DNA of 52,315 bases from a virus (lineage: Duplodnaviria > Caudoviricetes). The notes below the pieces were generated by a model that did no database searches, was not told the DNA's origin, and was given only the letters and a program-made list of their open reading frames with translations. Made by a program: the position numbers and the translations under genes. This document shows, one piece after another, positions 44,654 through 52,315 of this stretch. The stretch is from the IMG/VR virus record IMGVR_UViG_3300042562_002373, positions 1-52,315 of that record; one strand, 5' to 3'. The stretch's first letter is position 1; every line of letters begins with the position of its first letter.

Positions 44654-44884
44654 ATGGATGATAGTTTTACATTAAGAAGTGGAAAATATGCTGGCAAAAC
44701 TATTGAATGGTTAAGAAGAAATGACCCACAGTATTTAGAGTGGATTACCTTAAATCAACCAAGAATGTTGCAAGGACCAAAACAATCAGAGAAACCAAAA
44801 ACGGAAATACCTGATGAAGAAACTGTTTCAGCAATGAAACCTAATTTAAATTTTGACAATGAAAAGCAGAAGAAAAGCAATTGA
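44654..44884 (+). CDS. Small GKY.G...DP.YL.W motif protein (exonuclease X C-terminal / DUF3820-like)
   Basis: FTLRSGKYAGKTIEWLRRNDPQYLEWI. Confidence 0.65.
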   Translation: MDDSFTLRSGKYAGKTIEWLRRNDPQYLEWITLNQPRMLQGPKQSEKPKTEIPDEETVSAMKPNLNFDNEKQKKSN

Positions 44885-45209
44885 AAGCAAATTAATCGGT
44901 GAGAGCAAAACATCACCAGGGTATTTTAAATACCTATTCACTATCCAAGAAGTGGATGGTACTGTTCATGATATGCCAGCATATGGTAAAGACATGGAAG
45001 ATGCATTAGAACGTTTAGTATGGGTTGAACGTTCAAATAAAAAACCTTTTAGTGTATTAGTAATTTCAATGTTACTAACAATGATTGTGGTACCATCAAT
45101 TATCGCAGCATTAACTAGTGAACCATTATGGGTTATTGGTGCATTAGCAATCGCAACATTATTTGGTGTTGTTATGGTTAGAGTTGATAAATATTTTAAT
45201 AAAAAATAA
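44859..45209 (+). CDS. Membrane protein with two C-terminal TM helices
   Basis: PAYGKDMEDAL then two hydrophobic segments. Confidence 0.7.
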   Translation: MKSRRKAIESKLIGESKTSPGYFKYLFTIQEVDGTVHDMPAYGKDMEDALERLVWVERSNKKPFSVLVISMLLTMIVVPSIIAALTSEPLWVIGALAIATLFGVVMVRVDKYFNKK

Positions 45210-45215
45210 TAATTT

Positions 45216-45398
45216 ATGAAAAGATTACCAATAAAAATTATCAAATTTTTATCCAACAAATTAGGATACAAGATTGTGATGTTAAAAGCCAAAAATGGAA
45301 CAACAACCATTGAGGGGGACAAAGAACTACTGATATACACGGATATATCAGGATATTTTTTCAAAAAAGAACCATTAAAAAGAACAATTAAAAAATAA
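45216..45398 (+). CDS. Small basic hypothetical protein
   Basis: 60-aa ORF in operon. Confidence 0.6.
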   Translation: MKRLPIKIIKFLSNKLGYKIVMLKAKNGTTTIEGDKELLIYTDISGYFFKKEPLKRTIKK

Positions 45399-45399
45399 T

Positions 45400-45576
45400 A
45401 TGAGTGATAAATTTTTAGCATGGCTTTTTGGTATATCAGCTATAGCGACTACTTACAATACATACCTATCAAATCAAGATGGTAATTTTGATGCAACATT
45501 AGGATGGATAACAGCAACATGCTTCTCGTTATCAGCATTAGGGGCTTATTTAAAATTAATTAATAAAGATAAATAA
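45400..45576 (+). CDS. 58-aa two-TM peptide
   Basis: Manual translation MSDKFLAWLFGISAIA...; fills the gap in the operon exactly. Confidence 0.6.
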   Translation: MSDKFLAWLFGISAIATTYNTYLSNQDGNFDATLGWITATCFSLSALGAYLKLINKDK

Positions 45577-45577
45577 T

Positions 45578-46132
45578 ATGAAAAAGTACACAGTTTCCAT
45601 ACAAGGATATGGTCATGAGATTACCATCGGTTCAGTAACTGATGAGCAAAAAGAAATTCTTAGTAACGAAGAAAAAGAATTGATTGATATCGCTAACGAA
45701 GATTTAGATGATTATGGTGGGTATCATGAAATTGATAATCAATACCATAGATGGGGAGCGGTTGACCGTTATACAATTACAATTGAAGATGAAGAAGGTA
45801 ATGTAGTTTTTGAAGTTGATGAAAATACTTTATATGACCACGATACAGATGATTTTGAATTAGTTGAGTCTATAGATATATACGATAAAATAAATCAAGA
45901 TTTAGATTTATTGGTTTGTGTTGCACAAGAAAAAGGTAGTTTCTTTATGGGTGATTTCGAGACTGAAGAGTTTGATTTAACCAAATTAAAAATAACTATC
46001 GATACAGATATCGTAGCTTGTGACTACAATTTTAGTGACACAGTATCTGGTGTTTTCTATGATGAAGAAGAAGTGGATAACTATGGTGGTGACACTAGTG
46101 GTAAATCATTTGATGTTTATAAAAACTTTTAA
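45578..46132 (+). CDS. Highly acidic hypothetical protein
   Basis: 184 aa, strongly D/E-rich; EKGSFF.G, DTSGKS. Confidence 0.75.
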   Translation: MKKYTVSIQGYGHEITIGSVTDEQKEILSNEEKELIDIANEDLDDYGGYHEIDNQYHRWGAVDRYTITIEDEEGNVVFEVDENTLYDHDTDDFELVESIDIYDKINQDLDLLVCVAQEKGSFFMGDFETEEFDLTKLKITIDTDIVACDYNFSDTVSGVFYDEEEVDNYGGDTSGKSFDVYKNF

Positions 46133-46133
46133 T

Positions 46134-46373
46134 ATGAGAGCAAGAGATTTCGCGTTTTGGCTACAAGGCTTCTTTGAAGTTGCAAACCCAAGTACTATAG
46201 GTACAAAAGAAACTGAGATGATTAAAAAACATTTAGCTTTAGTTTTTAAACATGAGATTGACCCAGAGATGGGTGATGAGCAACATCAAGCCGAACTAAA
46301 CGCTATTCATAAACCTAATAGTTTAGAAAGTTATTTAAGACCACCTCATGAAGATGGTGTAATGAGATGTTAA
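46134..46373 (+). CDS. Hypothetical phage protein (F.FWLQGFFE type)
   Basis: Start moved to MRARDF (46134). Confidence 0.7.
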   Translation: MRARDFAFWLQGFFEVANPSTIGTKETEMIKKHLALVFKHEIDPEMGDEQHQAELNAIHKPNSLESYLRPPHEDGVMRC

Positions 46374-46391
46374 TTATTAAAAAAAATAAAT

Positions 46392-46574
46392 ATGAGTGAG
46401 TTTCAAGTACATAATAATACTGACTGTTCTGATGGACCAAAATCAGGTGGTATAGTTTTAAAAGAATTCATTGTTAGATGGGATTATAACGGTGATGGTA
46501 AAATAGTAGTATCATTAAATGATGCTAATGATAAATTAATCCAAAGTGTTGAACATGTAAAATCTAGAGTATAA
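46392..46574 (+). CDS. Hypothetical protein
   Basis: 60-aa ORF coupled to the AAA gene. Confidence 0.6.
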   Translation: MSEFQVHNNTDCSDGPKSGGIVLKEFIVRWDYNGDGKIVVSLNDANDKLIQSVEHVKSRV

Positions 46575-47626
46575 TGGGAATATGGGGTTTAATAGGAGTT
46601 ATTGGTAGTGTATTAGTATCAGTATGGGCCACAATGAGGTATTTAGTTAGTCAACATATGAGATTAGATGATAATCTTAGTAAAAACATTCTACCTTATT
46701 TGATAAAAGCTAAACGTAAGTTTGAAATAAACAATGAAATAAGTGTTAATAAAAAATATCCAGCAACTTATTCATCATTTGTTTTTATCGATGGAATATT
46801 CATGTTCTTCAGTAAGTCTGAACGATTACTAACAACTGGTTGGCAATCAAAAGAAGTGCTATCCGAAATATATTACCTAAGATGGCAAAGAAAAAAAGTG
46901 GAAGCGTTTGTAAGGTCTAAAGCTAAATCTGAAGAACATGTTAACGTAATGGCATTAACCCCATGGGGTAGTGATAAATTAGGTGAACTAAGCAAATTAG
47001 AAGAACCTAAAGTATATATAAACGATGACCAATACGAAGATATCGAAAGAGATATTGTAGAAATGTTATTAAGTGGTAGAGGTAAAACTAGTGCATTATT
47101 ACATGGGTTACCTGGTACTGGAAAGACTAGATTAATTAAATACTTTTCATTAAAGTATGATTTACCAATCTATTCAATCTACCTTAATCCAGAATACAAT
47201 AACCTAGATATTTTATTCATGTTTAGTGATATACCAAAGAAATGTATTGTGTTATTTGAAGATTTTGATAACTATTTCGATAAACGAGAATGTATCATGA
47301 AGAACAATGAAGTTAAGTTCACGTATGATGTTATTTTAAGCGTGTTAGACGGTGTTTATAATGAATATAATCAAGTAGCATTCTTTATGACTTGTAACGA
47401 CATTGAGAAGGTCGATAAAGCAATTAAAGAAAGACCATCAAGAATGAAGTATGTTAGAGAAATTACTGGACCTAACTTTGCAAAACGTTTGGATATATTA
47501 GATGGTGATGTTGAACTAGCAGAATTAACAGAAGGTATGACTACCGATAAAGTATTTTTTGCTAAATCGATAAATGGAAAATATAATAACGAAGAAATTT
47601 TAACTAAAATAAATACATTAGTGTGA
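46574..47626 (+). CDS. Membrane-anchored AAA+ ATPase (BCS1-like)
   Basis: N-terminal TM, LLHGLPGTGKT, VLFEDFD, LDG, MTCN, RPSRM. Confidence 0.85.
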   Translation: MGIWGLIGVIGSVLVSVWATMRYLVSQHMRLDDNLSKNILPYLIKAKRKFEINNEISVNKKYPATYSSFVFIDGIFMFFSKSERLLTTGWQSKEVLSEIYYLRWQRKKVEAFVRSKAKSEEHVNVMALTPWGSDKLGELSKLEEPKVYINDDQYEDIERDIVEMLLSGRGKTSALLHGLPGTGKTRLIKYFSLKYDLPIYSIYLNPEYNNLDILFMFSDIPKKCIVLFEDFDNYFDKRECIMKNNEVKFTYDVILSVLDGVYNEYNQVAFFMTCNDIEKVDKAIKERPSRMKYVREITGPNFAKRLDILDGDVELAELTEGMTTDKVFFAKSINGKYNNEEILTKINTLV

Positions 47627-47826
47627 AACTTTTAAAAGTAGAAGACCATAACTATTCAATTATTTATGTGAATGATAATGAAAACTATACTGTATATAGA
47701 AGATTTAACGAGAATAAATGGCAAATATTTTATAGAAACAGATGGAATGAATTTACCAAACATGAAGAATTGGAAAAATTATTTAAAGAAAGGGAAAAAA
47801 ATGAAAAAAGTAGTATGTATCAATGA
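47623..47826 (+). CDS. Hypothetical protein
   Basis: GTGA overlap with the AAA stop. Confidence 0.55.
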   Translation: MKLLKVEDHNYSIIYVNDNENYTVYRRFNENKWQIFYRNRWNEFTKHEELEKLFKEREKNEKSSMYQ

Positions 47827-48049
47827 TAAAAACCTACCACAAGGTGCAAAAGTAATTAAAGATAAAGAATACGAAGTTGAAGATGAATTCGTAAATGCTT
47901 TAGACCAAAGAGTTTATATCATTAAAGGTATAAACAATAAAGGTAGAACATCTTTAGGTATGGAGTGGTATGGTTATAGAGCTGATAGATTCAGTGAATT
48001 AGAAACCATGGAAATGGAAGAAAAGGTATATGATTACGCATTGAACTAA
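47801..48049 (+). CDS. Hypothetical phage protein (KVVCIND...Y.A.RF type)
   Basis: Start moved to MKKVVCIND (47801). Confidence 0.7.
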   Translation: MKKVVCINDKNLPQGAKVIKDKEYEVEDEFVNALDQRVYIIKGINNKGRTSLGMEWYGYRADRFSELETMEMEEKVYDYALN

Positions 48050-48051
48050 CC

Positions 48052-48216
48052 ATGGGTAATAAATTTAAACATAGATGGCAAGCAATTGCTGCATCTAAAA
48101 TTAGTTGGTTGTTTAAACAATTAACAAATAGAAACGTAGAATCCATTACAACTTCAATCTTAGTGATGTACCCAAACAAAAGATGGAGTTATGTACAAAC
48201 TATTAATTATAAATAA
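48052..48216 (+). CDS. 54-aa basic peptide
   Basis: Manual translation MGNKFKHRWQAIAASKISWLF...; TAATG coupling to the HNH gene. Confidence 0.55.
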   Translation: MGNKFKHRWQAIAASKISWLFKQLTNRNVESITTSILVMYPNKRWSYVQTINYK

Positions 48217-48698
48217 TGTCAGTGTTAGTCTTAAATAGCTTATATCAACCGATAAATATTGCAACCCTCGTGAGAGGGTTTAATCTTGTTTATCTAGGTA
48301 AGGCCGAAATACTAGAAGAAGTACCAATTCCAATTGTTACCGAAAATTCTAGTTATAAACGACCTAGCGTTATTAGACTTATCAATTACACACCATTCAA
48401 ATATAGGAAGAGTTATTTCAATAGAAAAAATGTATTCATTAGAGATAACCACGAATGTATATATTGTGGAAGTAAAACCAATTTAACCATTGACCATGTT
48501 TTACCATCATCAAGAGGTGGAAAAAATACTTGGCTGAATATGGTTACTTGCTGTAAAATTTGTAACGCTAAAAAAGATAATAGAACACCAGAAGAAGCAA
48601 ATATGGGTATGAAATATAAACCATTCGAACCTTCTTACGTATTCCTTATCAAACAGAATAGCACATACGATAAGTCATGGGCTAATTATCTAAAATGA
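48216..48698 (+). CDS. HNH endonuclease (McrA-like)
   Basis: VLVLN..Y.PI, RD...CIYCG...LTIDHVLP.SRGG..TW.N.VTCC..CN..K...TPEEA. Confidence 0.92.
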   Translation: MSVLVLNSLYQPINIATLVRGFNLVYLGKAEILEEVPIPIVTENSSYKRPSVIRLINYTPFKYRKSYFNRKNVFIRDNHECIYCGSKTNLTIDHVLPSSRGGKNTWLNMVTCCKICNAKKDNRTPEEANMGMKYKPFEPSYVFLIKQNSTYDKSWANYLK

Positions 48699-48727
48699 AA
48701 AAGGAGAGTGTTTAGCTCTCCTTTTTT
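48698..48727. terminator. Bidirectional terminator
   Basis: aaaaaggagag-tgtttag-ctctccttttt between convergent genes. Confidence 0.85.
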
Positions 48728-49245
48728 TATGGTATATCTATAAATGGTTTATTCATCTTATCTTTGTCGCTGAATTCCATCTTTTTAATCTCTCTGGCCG
48801 CTTTAAATATGTCTGACCATAATTCTTCCATAACTAATATGTAATCACCGTCAGAAGACTTATCCATATGCTTAACCTTCATTTCTTTGGCTTCAGCTTT
48901 ATGTGTAAACCCTAAACCATCCTTTGGTCGCATCATAGCCAACATTCCAACTCTTAACCTATCATATAATTTAGCATCCTTATACTTTGGCATCAATTTA
49001 TTAATACATAAATCAAAATCCTTTTTCTCGTCTTCTGACGCACTAAACGTCTTTGACTTTGAAATACACTTACCTAAGAAAGTTATTGCAATAGGAGCCA
49101 CTAAAAACGAAAAATAAGCATTACTAGAATCTTTAATTAAGTTCTTCATAGAACCTAATATAATAATATCAATCATATCCTTTGGATAATGATGATTCTG
49201 ACTCTTAGCGGCTTCAGTTAATAATTGCTTAATGTAGTCTTTCAT
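48727..49245 (-). CDS. HEPN-like helical protein, probably catalytically altered
   Basis: F.L...AI.FLGK.I helix, F...INK.MPKY, LYD.LRVGMLA (Rx4H position occupied by Ala); leader MKDYIKQLLTE. Confidence 0.5.
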   Translation of the reverse strand: MKDYIKQLLTEAAKSQNHHYPKDMIDIIILGSMKNLIKDSSNAYFSFLVAPIAITFLGKCISKSKTFSASEDEKKDFDLCINKLMPKYKDAKLYDRLRVGMLAMMRPKDGLGFTHKAEAKEMKVKHMDKSSDGDYILVMEELWSDIFKAAREIKKMEFSDKDKMNKPFIDIP

Positions 49246-49249
49246 TTAA

Positions 49250-50146
49250 TTAAAAATTTTTATCAATAAAAGAAGTTGATATTACATTGTTTTTAATTAC
49301 AAAATTTGGAATCCAAAGTTCTTTTTCTCTTCCAGATTCATTATGTTTTAATTTAACTAACGCAGCCTTAGATGTTCTAGCTTTAATTTCAATCGGTGTG
49401 TATGGTGAACCTTCCTTAGTCGTTAAATCTAATTTATATGTTGGTTTATTATATTCTTTATTTCTTCTACCTAACATTTCATTATATTCATCGTCAGTTA
49501 ATTCACGACCTAAATATTCTTCAACGTCACCTTTGTTGTTTGGATTAACACCAGCGGCTTTTAAGTCTCTTAAAGTATCGTAGTCTTCTTCATCTAACCT
49601 CTCATGTCTATCGTAATATGGATTAGGTTCATCTGGATGATTATCATTATATTCACTATTTACATATTCATTATGTTTTTGTACCAATTCATCACCCTTT
49701 TCAATCATATCTGTGATATAATCTTCAGCTTGTGCGCTAATATTAGCATTGTCACCAAGTGAAGCATCAGCAAGACCCACCCATGGTCTATCATCCAAAT
49801 TTGCCAAATCAGCTAATTTAAAATAATAAGTAGCAACTATTTCTTCATTATCACCATATACCTCAACTTTAGCGGTACCAGTATCATTACTATCAAAAGA
49901 AAAAGTTATATATTTACCATTCTGCTCAATATTATAAATAATATTATCATTAGGCATATTCATTAATTTTTGACGTTCTTCGTAATCTTTATCACCAAAT
50001 TGATTAATACCAGATTCACCAGCTCTATTAGCTGTATTATCATAATTATCAGTAACTTCCTTAATCAAACCTTTTGATGCAAGGTATCTTTGTTCAGCTA
50101 ATAAATTAGCATTTAACATGTTTTTTGTTTTATCAAATCTTCTCAT
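49250..50146 (-). CDS. Acidic hypothetical protein with shared N-terminal leader
   Basis: MRRFDKTKNMLNANLLAEQRYLASKGLIKE; ATATTTAT at 50164-50171. Confidence 0.8.
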   Translation of the reverse strand: MRRFDKTKNMLNANLLAEQRYLASKGLIKEVTDNYDNTANRAGESGINQFGDKDYEERQKLMNMPNDNIIYNIEQNGKYITFSFDSNDTGTAKVEVYGDNEEIVATYYFKLADLANLDDRPWVGLADASLGDNANISAQAEDYITDMIEKGDELVQKHNEYVNSEYNDNHPDEPNPYYDRHERLDEEDYDTLRDLKAAGVNPNNKGDVEEYLGRELTDDEYNEMLGRRNKEYNKPTYKLDLTTKEGSPYTPIEIKARTSKAALVKLKHNESGREKELWIPNFVIKNNVISTSFIDKNF

Positions 50147-50238
50147 AAAAATCTTTTTTATTAATAAATATCTTTTTTTTTACAAATGTATGATTTATTC
50201 CGATATTATACATATATTTGTAGAAAAAATTACAGATT

Positions 50239-52119
50239 ATGGCTTTTAAACCTTCAAAATATCAAAAAAAGATATTTAAATTTATTAATGAAGAAACTGG
50301 TAATGCGGTTATTAACGCTGTTGCTGGTTCAGGTAAAACTACAACATTAATTGAATCACTTAAACTGGTAGACCCAAATCTATCAATACTATTCCTTGCA
50401 TTTAATAAAAATATTAAACAAGAAATAGAAAAACGTATTAAAGCTGCTAACCTATCAGTAGATATTAATACATGTCATGGATTCGGCTATTCCACAATCC
50501 TTAGAAATACAGATAAGGAAATCGTATTAGATAATAATAAGTATTTCAAACTACTTAAAGACCTTATCAAATACGGTCAGAGCGATGATATTGAAGCTAT
50601 TAAACATTATAACTTCACCGAAGATGATATGCAATATACCGTAGGATTTAACTTGGAGTTCCAAAATAAAAAAGAAATAATTGAATTTCAAAAGAATGTA
50701 ACCAATCTAACAAACCTACTTAGATTATACGTATCCAAAGAACCAGCCGATATAGAAATGATTATCGATAAATACGATATTGTATTATCCGATAAAGAAA
50801 TTGAGCTCGCAATCCAATTATTAACATTGGGTCAAAAACTAAATAATATTATCGATTATACCGATATGTTATACTTACCCCTATTCTATGATTATGATGC
50901 ACCTCAATATGACTTAGTATATATCGATGAATGTCAAGACCTTAATACAGCACAACGTCTGCTTATGCTTAAATCCGTTAAACCAAACGGTAGGTTCATC
51001 GCTGTGGGTGATAAAAACCAAGCAATATATGGTTTCTCTGGTTCAGATGATGAATCATTCGATAAATTAACCCAATTAGATAATACTACAATATTAGGTT
51101 TATCTGAAACATATAGATGCGGTCATAATATCGTGGAAACTGTTAAACATATTGTATCTCAAATTGTTCCTCATAAGAATAATGTGCAAGGTGTTGTTAA
51201 TAAAACCGATTCAGTTAATAATATTGCATACGGTGATATGGTATTATGTAGAAATACATACCCATTAGTTAAACTATGTCTTAAGTTCATTACAGAAAAT
51301 AAAAAAGCTAATGTAATGGGTGCCGATATAGGTAAAACATTAATCAAACTAATAGAAGGGACCAACGAAACCAAAACGGTTAATGCTATTGCCAAATTAT
51401 ATGCCGACCTACAGACAGTTCTTAATAGAATTATGAGAACATATAATATCTCACCAGAAAACGCAATGAGAAAAGGTGAATATACAAATGCATTAGAACG
51501 AATTAAAGTATTTGAAATTATCTATAACGATTTGCCAGAAGATAAACGTGAATTCGTGGAAAATATCACAGCAAAACTAGCTCAGATATTTAAAGATGAA
51601 CGAGATGGAATACTCTTATCAACAATCCATAGAGCAAAAGGTCTTGAGTCTGATAAAGTGTTTATTATACATGCTGAACTTATGCCAAGCCCATATGCAA
51701 AAAAGATGTGGGAACTTAAACAAGAAGATAACCTTATCTATGTGGCTAGGACTAGAGCAATCCAACAATTAAGTTATGTAACAGATTTTGATGCATACGA
51801 AACAATGGGTTGCGAATCAGTAGATATTAGTCATATCGTTATTAAGGAATCTCAACATGTCGGTAGCATTGGTCAACGAATAGTACTAGAAGGTGAAATT
51901 ATAGAAGTGAAACATATAGAATCATATAACGAAGATATATTTGTTGTGCAAGATAAAGAAGGAAATATATTTGAACACTGGGGAAGAATACCTCAGCACT
52001 TTGTAACTGAGAAAAATCTAAGAATTAAAATAGGTACCAATATTAAAGGACCAATTAAAATTACAAAACATACATCATTCAACGATGTAAATAAAAATGG
52101 ATTTAAATGTCTTAAATAA
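50239..52119 (+). CDS. uvrD: UvrD/Rep-family SF1 helicase with OB-like C-terminal extension
   Basis: AVAGSGKTT, LAFN, IDECQD, VGDKNQAIYGF, TYRC, STIHRAKGLE, YVARTRA. Confidence 0.92.
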   Translation: MAFKPSKYQKKIFKFINEETGNAVINAVAGSGKTTTLIESLKLVDPNLSILFLAFNKNIKQEIEKRIKAANLSVDINTCHGFGYSTILRNTDKEIVLDNNKYFKLLKDLIKYGQSDDIEAIKHYNFTEDDMQYTVGFNLEFQNKKEIIEFQKNVTNLTNLLRLYVSKEPADIEMIIDKYDIVLSDKEIELAIQLLTLGQKLNNIIDYTDMLYLPLFYDYDAPQYDLVYIDECQDLNTAQRLLMLKSVKPNGRFIAVGDKNQAIYGFSGSDDESFDKLTQLDNTTILGLSETYRCGHNIVETVKHIVSQIVPHKNNVQGVVNKTDSVNNIAYGDMVLCRNTYPLVKLCLKFITENKKANVMGADIGKTLIKLIEGTNETKTVNAIAKLYADLQTVLNRIMRTYNISPENAMRKGEYTNALERIKVFEIIYNDLPEDKREFVENITAKLAQIFKDERDGILLSTIHRAKGLESDKVFIIHAELMPSPYAKKMWELKQEDNLIYVARTRAIQQLSYVTDFDAYETMGCESVDISHIVIKESQHVGSIGQRIVLEGEIIEVKHIESYNEDIFVVQDKEGNIFEHWGRIPQHFVTEKNLRIKIGTNIKGPIKITKHTSFNDVNKNGFKCLK

Positions 52120-52145
52120 AAAAAAGGTGGGTTATCCCACCTTTT
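52120..52145. terminator. Bidirectional terminator
   Basis: aaaaggtggg-ttat-cccacctttt. Confidence 0.85.
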
Positions 52146-52150
52146 ATATT

Positions 52151-52315
52151 TTAATCTTCTATTAAATTTACAAATTCATCTTTATGGTCCTTAACAAACT
52201 GAGAAGTCTCTTCATTATTTGGGTAATAATTAGTTAAAGTAACTAATGTGTTTACACCATTTATAGGTACAAAGTCAATATCTGATATATAATTAAATTC
52301 AAGTATAATTTCATC
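52151..52315 (-). CDS. 3' end of a hypothetical protein starting outside the window
   Basis: Open frame DEIILEFNYISDIDFVPING...FVNLIED* ending at the terminator. Confidence 0.6.
   Translation of the reverse strand, partial: DEIILEFNYISDIDFVPINGVNTLVTLTNYYPNNEETSQFVKDHKDEFVNLIED

Noticed and set aside
48216-48698. HNH gene as a mobile homing element
   Set aside because: McrA-like stand-alone type, not inside an intron or interrupting a gene; no flanking repeats seen
1-52315. Alternative genetic code (stop-codon reassignment)
   Set aside because: Code 11 gives dense, full-length genes with intact conserved C-termini; the only breaks are the two homopolymer frame changes

Overview
AT-rich, densely coding 52-kb segment of a large (jumbo/huge) tailed phage genome, read in the standard genetic code. 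The host is very probably a Bacteroidota bacterium, because TAnnTTTG -7 promoter boxes precede most metabolic and accessory genes. The left end holds a T4-like terminase large subunit (missed by the ORF track because it runs off the window) and probable head-associated proteins. These are followed by a GAF-PAS-PAS histidine kinase / receiver / membrane protein operon, YceI, KTSC and ClpC. The remainder is mostly accessory: ABC-ATPase + GNAT, thioredoxin, RNase H, phosphoesterases, four cell-wall enzymes, a Prs-like + Nampt-like pair (NARP1-type NAD+ reconstitution), SPFH, ThyA, HNH, AAA and UvrD. The most striking unexplained signals are: (i) a coiled-coil protein gene followed by a ~340-nt folded RNA carrying a phased UUURNN hexamer array, opening a ~900-nt RNA cassette with atypical tRNAs and further structured RNAs; (ii) two genes split by a -1 frame change exactly at A10/T9 runs; (iii) a second, putatively late promoter class (ATATTTAT) marking genes that share N-terminal leader peptides; (iv) a capsid-N-terminus-like tail on a DUF1937 protein and an apparently inactivated HEPN-like protein. 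All protein family calls are from motif recognition by eye; no database searches or folding programs were run.
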